In this document: positions 16,459 through 23,839 of the stretch, in pieces
Layout: the number at the start of each line of letters is the position of its first letter
Position numbering within the stretch: the stretch's first letter is position 1
NCBI GenBank assembly: GCA_016183245.1
Contig: JACPEY010000033.1
Coordinates: 1 to 52,818, forward strand
DNA: 52,818 nucleotides
Direction: 5' to 3'
Source: Candidatus Daviesbacteria bacterium
GTDB lineage: Bacteria; Patescibacteriota; Microgenomatia; Daviesbacterales; UBA10151
Notes under the pieces: model-generated
Database searches by the model: none
What the model was told of the DNA's origin: nothing
The model's input: the letters and a program-made list of their open reading frames with translations, nothing else
Translations under genes and position numbers: made by a program

Positions 16459-18777
16459 TCAAGTGTTTATATTATTAGGCCACTTAGTAACCATAATAGT
16501 TTTGCCTTCATGGGGCAGTTTTTGCCATAATTCTTCAGTTATAAACGGCATGAATGGGTGCAAAAGCTCCAAAGATGTCCTGAATACGTATTCTAAAACC
16601 GGCTGGGCTTGGGCCCGCCTGTCTTTTGTTGATTCAATATATTTGTCTGCAAATTCATGCCAGATAAATTCATATAAAGCATCTGATCCGTCATGAAATC
16701 TATAAGAATCCAAGGCTTTGGTGACTGTTTTAATGGTTTGGGAAAGTTTTTCCAGAATTTGTTTGTCATCCTCATTTTTTCCTGTCATTCTGGCGAACGT
16801 AGTGAGTCCAGAATCTGTGTGATTCGTTGATTCTGGAGTCGTCGCGGAGTTTACCCCGTACTTTGATACGGGGTCCCTCCCCAGAATGACAGCAGTGGGA
16901 TTTAAATGTTTAGCATCTTCCGGGGCAAAGTCGATAATAAAACGGCCAATGTTCCACAATTTATTGGTAAAATTTCTCATGGCTTGCAGTTTAGGATGGG
17001 ACAACGCCTGATCGTGACCAAAAGCATTGCCATACATTAAAGCCATCCTTAAAGCATCTGCTCCGTAAAGGTTGGCAATTTCAATCGGGTCAACCACATT
17101 GCCTTTGCTTTTGCTCATCTTTTTACCAAGCGGGTCCAAGACTTTGCCATGCAGGAGAATATCTTTGAAGGGGATTTTGCCGGTGATGTAAATTCCCAGC
17201 ATGACCATCCGGGCTACCCAGAAGAGCAAAATATCATAGCCGGTTTCCATCACAGATGTCGGATAAAACTTATCAAAATCTTCCGGTTTGGTGGATTGCA
17301 GGGTAGCAAAGGGCCACTGGCCGGAAGAAAACCACGTATCAAATACATCCGGATCTTGTTCCAGTTGAGCAGAGCCACAATCTGGACATTTTTCAGGTTT
17401 TTCGCCTTCAGTCACAATCCAGATTGTATTATTTAGTTTTGAACTTTTAGTTGTAGTTTTGACTTTTGACTTTTGACTTTTGACCTCGCTGCATTTTATG
17501 CAGCGCCAGGCCGGAATCTGCATCCCCCAGACAATTTGCCGGGAAATATTCCAGTCTTTTAAATTCTCCAGCCAATTAAAGTAAGTAGTTTCCCAATTTT
17601 TAGGGACAATTTTTATGGTTCGACTTCGCTCACCATTAACCGCTTCAATGGCAGTTTTTGCTAGCCCGTCCATTTTTAGAAACCATTGTTCCAAAGGCAG
17701 CGGTTCAATTTCTGTACCGCATTTATAACAAACCCCCACCCTGTTTTTGTAATTTTCATCCATTTTTTCAATTAAGCCCTTCTCTTGCATCTCTACGGCA
17801 ATGGCTTTTCTGGCTTCCTTTACTCTCATGCCAGCAAACTTGCCGGCTTTTTCATTTAAACGGCCGTCAAAACCAATTACCTGGCGGATCTCCAGGTTAT
17901 GCCGCTGTCCTATTTCAAAATCTATTGGAGCATGGGCAGGGGTAACTTTAATGACTCCTGTTCCAAAGTTGGGGTCAACAGCTTTGTCTGCAATTACTTT
18001 AATTTTGGCCGGGCCTAACACTGTTTCAATACTTAAGGTTTCTCCTATATATTTTTGATAACGTTTATCATCAGGATGAACTGCCACGGCAGTATCACCG
18101 AATTTGGTTTCCAGTCTAACTGTAGCCAGTGTTAACGGCCCGTATTTAATGTAGTAAAGCGGGGTAGTCCGGTCCTCATATATAACTTCCAGATCAGAAA
18201 ATGAGGTGCCATGTCTGGTGCAGTAATTAACTAACCTCAGTCCCCGGTAAGCCAGGCCGTCATTAAATAATTTCTTGAAAGTTTTATAAACTACTTTGAC
18301 AATATCCGGGTCAAGGGTAAATTTTTCCCGCGACCAGTCAACAGAAAAGCCTAATTTACGAAGCTGTCCTTCCATGGTGCCTTTATTGGCCTGGACAAAA
18401 TCCCAAATCATTTTATATAAAGTTTCCCGGTCAAAGTCAAAACGGGACTTACCTGTCTTTTCCAAGTGTTTTTCAAATACTACTTGAGTTTCAAAGCCGG
18501 CATGGTCTGAACCCGGCAGCCATAAAGCAGCCTCACCTTTCATCCTATGATACCTGATTAAAATGTCCTCAACAGTATATAAGGCGTGGCCAAAATGCAA
18601 AGGGGCATTGGCATTTGGCGGGGGTAGGATAATGGTGTAAGGCTTGCCTTCAGGGTTTATCTCAGGTTGAAAATAGCCTGCTTTTTCCCAAATGTCATAC
18701 CACTTTGGTTCAACTTTAGTCTGGTCGTATACTTTCTCCATGGAGTAAGTATAGTGTTTTGGAAGGGGGAAGGTCAA
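16459..18777 (-). CDS. valS: Valyl-tRNA synthetase (short form, no long C-terminal coiled coil)
   Basis: PPPNANAPLHFGHAL (HIGH-type), KMSKSKGN, an editing-domain-length insert, and DKYIE in the anticodon-binding region. Carries two in-frame repeat insertions. Confidence 0.95.
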   Translation of the reverse strand: MTFPLPKHYTYSMEKVYDQTKVEPKWYDIWEKAGYFQPEINPEGKPYTIILPPPNANAPLHFGHALYTVEDILIRYHRMKGEAALWLPGSDHAGFETQVVFEKHLEKTGKSRFDFDRETLYKMIWDFVQANKGTMEGQLRKLGFSVDWSREKFTLDPDIVKVVYKTFKKLFNDGLAYRGLRLVNYCTRHGTSFSDLEVIYEDRTTPLYYIKYGPLTLATVRLETKFGDTAVAVHPDDKRYQKYIGETLSIETVLGPAKIKVIADKAVDPNFGTGVIKVTPAHAPIDFEIGQRHNLEIRQVIGFDGRLNEKAGKFAGMRVKEARKAIAVEMQEKGLIEKMDENYKNRVGVCYKCGTEIEPLPLEQWFLKMDGLAKTAIEAVNGERSRTIKIVPKNWETTYFNWLENLKDWNISRQIVWGMQIPAWRCIKCSEVKSQKSKVKTTTKSSKLNNTIWIVTEGEKPEKCPDCGSAQLEQDPDVFDTWFSSGQWPFATLQSTKPEDFDKFYPTSVMETGYDILLFWVARMVMLGIYITGKIPFKDILLHGKVLDPLGKKMSKSKGNVVDPIEIANLYGADALRMALMYGNAFGHDQALSHPKLQAMRNFTNKLWNIGRFIIDFAPEDAKHLNPTAVILGRDPVSKYGVNSATTPESTNHTDSGLTTFARMTGKNEDDKQILEKLSQTIKTVTKALDSYRFHDGSDALYEFIWHEFADKYIESTKDRRAQAQPVLEYVFRTSLELLHPFMPFITEELWQKLPHEGKTIMVTKWPNNINT
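16784..16890. repeat. MITE-like palindromic repeat inserted in frame in valS
   Basis: GTCATTCTGGCGAACGTAGTGAGTCCAGAATCTG...CCCCAGAATGAC. The left arm nearly matches 2149-2230. Translated as ILGRDPVSKYGVNSATTPESTNHTDSGLTTFARMT. Confidence 0.85.
17437..17484. repeat. Heptanucleotide tandem repeat block (GACTTTT x3 plus degenerate units) inside valS
   Basis: Perfect units at 17461-17481. Translated on the minus strand as KSQKSKVKTTTKSSKL. Confidence 0.85.
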
Positions 18778-18786
18778 TTGTAACTA

Positions 18787-19965
18787 TTACTGGACTAGAG
18801 ACAGGTTGGGGTTGGCCTGGAGGGTTAAGGGGTCTATAGGGTGGTAGTTATAAAAGGCAGTGGAGGCAATCATGGCAGCATTATCAGTGCAAAGCTTGGA
18901 AGCAGGTACATGTAATCTAATTTTGAATTTTGAACTTTGAATTTTGAATTTCAAATCAGAAACCAGTTTCTGATTTGACGCTACTCCTCCTGCAATCATA
19001 ATTTGATCAACTTTATACCTTTGGGCTGCTCTGACAGTTTTTTCAACAAGAACATCTACAATAGCAGCTTCTATAGAAGCTGCTAAGTTATTAGTGATTA
19101 GTTTGTAGTTTGTAGAATTTTTGTCTTTACTACCAACTACCAACTCTGAACTCTGAACTAAATTAGCAACTGCAGTTTTTAAGCCTGAAAAGGAAAAATC
19201 CCATCCATAGGTTGGTCGTCCTCTGGACGAAAAATCTTTCATCATTGGCCTGGGGAGATTAAAAGCATTAGGATTACCAGACTTGGCTAACTTAGCGAGA
19301 TTGGGGCCGCCCGGGTATGGAAGCCCAAGAAGTCTGGCGCATTTGTCAAAACACTCTCCTGCTGCATCATCCCGGGTTCCCCCTAGGTATTCATACTTGC
19401 CATGGTCTCCAAATAAAACTAAATCAGTATGTCCGCCGGAAACAAGCAGGCCAATGCAGGGGAATTTAGGTAAGTGACTAGTCGCTAGAGTCGAGAGACT
19501 AGACTTTTCTTTTTTATTCCTTGACTCTTGACTCTGGACTCTTGACTCTTCCCATATCCAGTTTGCATAAAAATGGCCGAGCAGGTGATTAACCGGTATA
19601 AGAGGTTTACCCCAAACTAAAGCCAGAGTTTTGGCTGTTTCTATTCCTACTAAAAGCGAGCCGATTAGTCCTGGTCCCTGCGTGACTGCAATAGCATCTA
19701 AACTTTGTTTACCCTGAGCGAGCGAAGCGAGTCGAAGGGCCTCTTCAATTACGGGAATAATGGATTTAATTTGTTCTCTGGCAGCTTGTTCCGGAATCAC
19801 GCCGCCGTATTTAGCTTGTAAATCAGCTGACGATGCCACAATATTGGATAAAATTATTACCCCTTTGTCTACCAAAGGCTTGTCGTAGGCGGATATTTCC
19901 ACTACAGCAGCTGCCGTTTCATCACAACTGGTTTCAATTCCTAGAATAACTTTTGGTCGTGTCAT
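18787..19965 (-). CDS. tsaD: tRNA N6-adenosine threonylcarbamoyltransferase
   Basis: ILGIETSCDETAAAVV, GPGLIGSLLVG, LLVSGGHT and IAGGVASN. At 392 aa it is lengthened by three repeat-derived inserts. Confidence 0.95.
   Translation of the reverse strand: MTRPKVILGIETSCDETAAAVVEISAYDKPLVDKGVIILSNIVASSADLQAKYGGVIPEQAAREQIKSIIPVIEEALRLASLAQGKQSLDAIAVTQGPGLIGSLLVGIETAKTLALVWGKPLIPVNHLLGHFYANWIWEESRVQSQESRNKKEKSSLSTLATSHLPKFPCIGLLVSGGHTDLVLFGDHGKYEYLGGTRDDAAGECFDKCARLLGLPYPGGPNLAKLAKSGNPNAFNLPRPMMKDFSSRGRPTYGWDFSFSGLKTAVANLVQSSELVVGSKDKNSTNYKLITNNLAASIEAAIVDVLVEKTVRAAQRYKVDQIMIAGGVASNQKLVSDLKFKIQSSKFKIRLHVPASKLCTDNAAMIASTAFYNYHPIDPLTLQANPNLSLVQ
18921..18948. repeat. Heptanucleotide tandem repeat (TTTTGAA)x4 inside tsaD
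   Basis: Four units, one with a single substitution. In the sense orientation this is the same TTCAAAA unit as 6767-6794. Translated as FKIQSSKFKI. Confidence 0.9.
19088..19160. repeat. Period-7 repeat block forming an imperfect inverted repeat inside tsaD
   Basis: TTAGTGATTAGTTTGTAGTTTGTAG ... CTACCAACTACCAACTCTGAACTCTGAACTAA. Translated as SSELVVGSKDKNSTNYKLITNN. Confidence 0.8.
19474..19550. repeat. Repeat block inside tsaD ending in (GACTCTT)x4
   Basis: GACTAGTCGCTAGAGTCGAGAGACTAGAC ... with heptamer units at 19523-19550. Translated as EESRVQSQESRNKKEKSSLSTLATSH. Confidence 0.85.
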
Positions 19966-20363
19966 GAGGATATTTTAACAGAAATGCCTTTGAGCCATTT
20001 GGAGATTTGGTCGATGGTTAAGTTGCCGTTGTCTACTCTGATTGCAAACTCAACTTCTTTCTGGTGGCTGTTGATTAATCGGTAACCGTTTTTCCGTAGA
20101 AATAAACCAGCAGAAGTTAAGGCTGTTCTTTTATTTCCATCTACAAAAGGGTGGTTTTTTAGTAAAGATTGCAGCAGGGCAGCTGCTTTATCAAAAATGG
20201 AGATGTAAAGAAATTTACCTCCAAAAGTAGCTTGAGGTCTTGCTACTGCCGATTCCACCAGCCCTATATCCCTGATTCCGTGGGAACCACCAAATCTTTT
20301 TACCATCTGATTGTGGATAAAAAGGACTTGATTGATATTCAAAAATACAATTTGTTTAGTCAC
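19962..20363 (-). CDS. doc: Doc (death-on-curing) Fic-fold toxin
   Basis: HPFVDGNKRTALTS motif, 133 aa. The stop overlaps the tsaD start. Confidence 0.85.
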   Translation of the reverse strand: MTKQIVFLNINQVLFIHNQMVKRFGGSHGIRDIGLVESAVARPQATFGGKFLYISIFDKAAALLQSLLKNHPFVDGNKRTALTSAGLFLRKNGYRLINSHQKEVEFAIRVDNGNLTIDQISKWLKGISVKISS

Positions 20364-20596
20364 TTGCGGGAAAGTTCTTGGAGCACATCTTCATGTTCGT
20401 TCATAAATTCATCCACCATTTTAGCAAATTTTAAATCTATCCCGCTTGCCTTTATTTTCTTTTGTGGCATTAGAGTCAAGCCAGCGTCTGTTTTTCTCCA
20501 TTCCACTTCTGAACCTGCCCTGATAGACAACTGGTGAGCATACGTTTTGGGAACTGTGACAGCCAAAGAATTACCGTTTCTAAAGACTTTTCTCAT
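20360..20596 (-). CDS. AbrB/MazE-fold (SpoVT-type) antitoxin partnered with Doc
   Basis: MRKVFRNGNSLAVTVPK is the swapped-hairpin signature. 4-nt overlap with doc. Confidence 0.8.
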   Translation of the reverse strand: MRKVFRNGNSLAVTVPKTYAHQLSIRAGSEVEWRKTDAGLTLMPQKKIKASGIDLKFAKMVDEFMNEHEDVLQELSRK

Positions 20597-20602
20597 GATT
20601 TA

Positions 20603-20636
20603 ATTATATCACAAATGTACTGACAATGTACTGACA
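20603..20636 (-). promoter_or_regulatory. Putative antitoxin promoter (extended -10 TGATATAAT) with a tandem 11-mer operator
   Basis: Minus strand reads TGTCAGTACAT TGTCAGTACAT ttg TGATATAAT taaatc ATG. The -10 ends ~6 nt before the ATG, suggesting a leaderless or near-leaderless mRNA. Confidence 0.45.
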
Positions 20637-20691
20637 TTTTTCATTTATCCCAGCCTAAAGGCGTGGTACTCTGTTTTGTATGATAGATGTA

Positions 20692-21051
20692 TTAAAGTGG
20701 GTATTGATAGGAAGTTGCGGCATCTTCCCTGATAATAGTTAAAGAATTCAAAATGATTGATTCTTTATTATTTCTCAGAAAGTCTAGGGTTTTGTTTGTA
20801 ATATATTGCGCATCTGTTTGATTGATCAGTCGGATAGCAATAATAGGCACCTGATATTTGGGAAATTGCGCTAAGGCAATATAATCCTTGTCCCGTGTCA
20901 GAATTACTCTTGATTCGTCTCTCGCAATTTTAATAATCTCGAGATCATTAATTTCCAGATTAATCCTTTTAATATCTAAGACTCTATGGTTTAAAATTCT
21001 TAACTTCCTGATAAGTAATTGGGGGATATTAATGTCGGCGACGAATTTCAT
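20692..21051 (-). CDS. DUF5615/Mut7-C-like PIN-fold putative toxin
   Basis: MKFVADINIP...ILTRDKDY pattern, paired with an upstream DUF433 gene. Start moved to the ATG at 21051. Confidence 0.6.
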   Translation of the reverse strand: MKFVADINIPQLLIRKLRILNHRVLDIKRINLEINDLEIIKIARDESRVILTRDKDYIALAQFPKYQVPIIAIRLINQTDAQYITNKTLDFLRNNKESIILNSLTIIREDAATSYQYPL

Positions 21052-21289
21052 GGGTATAAGCAGATGCTTTCTCAAACATATAGCTTTTTTCTTTGCTGAC
21101 AATCTTGGCAGCATAATCTATTGCCGCCTGAAGATGCTCTTTTTTTAAAAAGGGATATTCCTTTAACATCTCTTCCATACTCATGCCTCCGGCCAAAGAC
21201 TCCAGAATTACCTCCACAGACATCCTTGTGTTTTTGATAATGGGCTTGCCGCCCAGAATTTTGGGATTTTGCGTGATGTATTTGTTCAT
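21029..21289 (-). CDS. DUF433-family putative antitoxin
   Basis: NPKILGGKPIIKNTRMSVEVILESLAGGMSMEEMLKEYP is the typical DUF433 core. Confidence 0.8.
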   Translation of the reverse strand: MNKYITQNPKILGGKPIIKNTRMSVEVILESLAGGMSMEEMLKEYPFLKKEHLQAAIDYAAKIVSKEKSYMFEKASAYTHEIRRRH

Positions 21290-21387
21290 AAACCAATTAT
21301 ACCACTTTTAGGAAAGAAATATTTGATCTCTTTTGTTCTATTTAAGCTATCTTGCCTTGAAAGTATTTAAAAGAGTAATGTGGAGGC

Positions 21388-22224
21388 GTGATTGCGAAGC
21401 AAAAATATGAATATATCAAAGATGCTTTGTGGATTTCATATACGGGTTTGAAGGATTTTTTAAAATGCCAGCGTTCTTACTTTTTAAAAAACAGATACCG
21501 GGATCCTAAAACCGGCTACCGCTTACAAATTGCTTCCCCTTATATGACTTTAGGCTCTTTAGTGCATGATGCCATCAAGTGGTATTTACAAACCGGAAGG
21601 ACGGCAGACAAGGATGCAGTTATAAAAAAGTATAGAAACCACTGGTTAAAATATAGGGGTAAAAGAGGGGGCTTTAAAACTCTAGAAGAAGAGGCGGAGT
21701 TTGGAAAACGCGGTTTAAATATGCTGGGATTTTTCCTGGAAAATGCTGCCAATTTAGAACCAAATGCCCCCCTTTATGACTTTTTAAGGTATAAACTTGA
21801 TGAAAAAATAGTCTTAAACGGCAAGCCGGACTTTTTGGGCATTCTGCCGGATGGAAGTCTGCATGTAATGGATTTTAAAACAGGGACCAGAGACGAGCAG
21901 GACCCAATACAGCTTCATACATATGCAATTTTGGCTCAGGCACATCTTCAAAAAGAAGTTTCACAAATAAGTTACTGGTATCTGGACAAAAAAGAACCTC
22001 CAAAAGAAGCAGTTTTGGACCCTTTGGAAGAAAAGCTTTTGTGGCTCAAAGAAAAGGCTTTACAGATTGCAAAAGCTATAAAAGAAGATAAATGGGAATG
22101 TAAGGAAGAAGATGGTTTGTGTTCAGAGTGTCAAAGTTATCAGGATATAATTGAAGGTAAAGGCGAGTTTCAGTTTTCTGATAATGAATTTAAAAAAGAT
22201 ATCTATTTTCTGCAAAAAGCTTAA
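21388..22224 (+). CDS. PD-(D/E)XK nuclease with a Cas4/AddB-type four-cysteine cluster
   Basis: N-terminal Cys in FLKCQRSYF, nuclease core GKPDFLG...HVMDFKTG, QLHTYAIL, and C-terminal CKEEDGLCSECQ. Confidence 0.65.
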   Translation: MIAKQKYEYIKDALWISYTGLKDFLKCQRSYFLKNRYRDPKTGYRLQIASPYMTLGSLVHDAIKWYLQTGRTADKDAVIKKYRNHWLKYRGKRGGFKTLEEEAEFGKRGLNMLGFFLENAANLEPNAPLYDFLRYKLDEKIVLNGKPDFLGILPDGSLHVMDFKTGTRDEQDPIQLHTYAILAQAHLQKEVSQISYWYLDKKEPPKEAVLDPLEEKLLWLKEKALQIAKAIKEDKWECKEEDGLCSECQSYQDIIEGKGEFQFSDNEFKKDIYFLQKA

Positions 22225-22799
22225 GGTCGGGCCGGGGTAATAGGAACCGGAGTCCCGTTTATCTCATTAGTGTTTGTAACAGGTGTACCGGGAAATGGGG
22301 TGCCGTTTATTTCGTTGGTATTTGTAACAGGAGTAATAGACGGAGTAAGCGCGACTCTGGTTGTATACGCTGTGGGGAAACTTATAATAGTGGGCACGGG
22401 GGATCTGTTTATTATTGGTGTGCTTACAATAACAGTCACTTCTGGTGAGGGAGTTAAAGTTGGTCTTTCTATAGGTGATGGCCAGGTTGGGGTTAAACTT
22501 GGGGTAGCAGTTGGTTCTGGAGTATTGGTGTTTGTGGGTTTTTCTACAGGTGATGGTTGGGTTTCAGTTGCGCTTGGAGTTGCTTTTCCAGCAGGTGTAG
22601 TGCTGGGTGTTGCAGTTAATTTATCAGGTTTTGCATTATTTTGGACATTTGGCAGGAATACTGTATGTGCGGCGCTTCTGTTTTCTGCCAAAGCATCTGC
22701 AATATTAGGGAGTAGGCTAATATAACCGCCTGCTAATGTAGCTACTGCGGTGATTGTACGGATTACTGCTTGTCCTGTTTCAATACGATCTGCTGACAT
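22221..22799 (-). CDS. Pro/Thr-rich low-complexity protein with a C-terminal tandem repeat
   Basis: PT-rich linker. The 16-aa unit PVTNTNEINGTP(F/V)P.. occurs twice (DNA ~22240-22335). One hydrophobic segment near the N-terminus. Confidence 0.5.
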   Translation of the reverse strand: MSADRIETGQAVIRTITAVATLAGGYISLLPNIADALAENRSAAHTVFLPNVQNNAKPDKLTATPSTTPAGKATPSATETQPSPVEKPTNTNTPEPTATPSLTPTWPSPIERPTLTPSPEVTVIVSTPIINRSPVPTIISFPTAYTTRVALTPSITPVTNTNEINGTPFPGTPVTNTNEINGTPVPITPARP

Positions 22800-22846
22800 G
22801 TCTCATAGTTTATCATAGAAAGCCATTGCTGTCAAGTTCAGCAGTC

Positions 22847-23464
22847 TTAAGCTGCGGGTTGGTCTGAAGAATAGTTCTGTCTTAATTGGGCAATGTTTGT
22901 TTTTTCTCGTTCAAAAATCTCCTCTAGAGCCTGTGCTGTTTCAGCTGATGGTGTGTATAACTTTTTGGATGGCTGGCTGTTACGAGTTTCTGCTGCTAAT
23001 TTAAGTAGGTCAATGATACGTGTTGTTAGATAAGCTTTATTTGAGGGAAGTTGTTTGTCTTCAAGGCCGCCTGCCACAGCCAAACTAACCTGACGAGCTG
23101 CATCATCAATAGCTCTTATGTGAGTAATTTTATATCGATCATTAAGACCTGCGGTTAGATTTCCTATTCTATTTTGAGTGGTATCATCCACGGCGATCCT
23201 ACCTAATTGTATGACAAGGCGTCTTGCAAAAAGATCCTGCTCCCACCTTTCGATAAGCCCTAGCTTTCCAAAAGCGTCAATATAGCAGGCTAAATTTCTT
23301 CCTGCTAATAACTGTTTATCAATTATCTCTACCTCAGTAGATAAAACTTCGTCCACTTTGCGGGCTATTCTTTCTGTGCCTAGTAGCTTTTTTACATAAG
23401 AATTCATTCTTTGGCGGAATGTAGGGGTAGTCCTGTGTGTTTCATTTTCTCCTCCCCATTTCAT
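22847..23464 (-). CDS. Hypothetical protein (ORFan)
   Basis: Coding-like from MKWGGENETH. The 114 codons upstream in the track ORF are Cys/Phe/Leu/Ser-rich, which is typical of antisense translation. Confidence 0.5.
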   Translation of the reverse strand: MKWGGENETHRTTPTFRQRMNSYVKKLLGTERIARKVDEVLSTEVEIIDKQLLAGRNLACYIDAFGKLGLIERWEQDLFARRLVIQLGRIAVDDTTQNRIGNLTAGLNDRYKITHIRAIDDAARQVSLAVAGGLEDKQLPSNKAYLTTRIIDLLKLAAETRNSQPSKKLYTPSAETAQALEEIFEREKTNIAQLRQNYSSDQPAA

Positions 23465-23539
23465 AAATTTAAGTATATCACCCAGAATTTGATTTTGTGT
23501 ATATCCCCGGTTAAAATACTTCAAAGATTGAAGTTTAAT

Positions 23540-23839
23540 ATGGAAACAAGAATTAGAGAATGTTGTTTTACAAGTGCAGAGAGTTATGATGAAAAACTGG
23601 CAATACAAACCTGTCCTGGTTATGATGAGGCTCTTCAAAGAGCAGTAGATGATCCTTGGGAAGAAAAGAGACTGAGATATTCCTGTAAGGCTCTTAAGGA
23701 AAGAAATCAAAGGTTCAATGAAACAACAAAAAGGGGCAGAAAGTGGCCTGATCTTAAAATAGCATCTTGTCCAGTTACGCTGTGTTTTACTCCTTATGTA
23801 AGTCAATTAATTATCAGAGGCAAATGTTTGATGGAGTGA
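23540..23839 (+). CDS. Hypothetical Cys-containing small protein
   Basis: METRIRECCFTSAESYDEKLA... looks more protein-like than the opposite strand over the same DNA. It is divergent from 22847-23464. Confidence 0.3.
   Translation: METRIRECCFTSAESYDEKLAIQTCPGYDEALQRAVDDPWEEKRLRYSCKALKERNQRFNETTKRGRKWPDLKIASCPVTLCFTPYVSQLIIRGKCLME

Noticed and set aside
17437-19550. Short tandem repeats considered as a possible CRISPR array
   Set aside because: The units are 7 nt with no spacers, they lie inside coding sequence, and no cas genes are present.
21072-21296. 74-aa ORF overlapping the DUF433 gene in another frame
   Set aside because: It is an alternative frame of a confidently recognised DUF433 gene, with an Arg/Gly/Cys-rich translation.
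22240-22335. Tandem 48-nt units as a diversity-generating retroelement VR/TR pair
   Set aside because: The copies are adjacent within one ORF, their differences are not adenine-specific, and no reverse transcriptase is nearby.
22270-22725. 151-aa plus-strand ORF rich in Gly/Val
   Set aside because: It is the mirror frame of the Pro/Thr-rich minus-strand gene, and the repeat-driven composition keeps it open.
23465-23806. N-terminal 114 codons of the 319-aa minus-strand ORF
   Set aside because: The translation is Cys/Phe/Leu/Ser-rich and looks non-coding. The opposite strand reads more like a protein.
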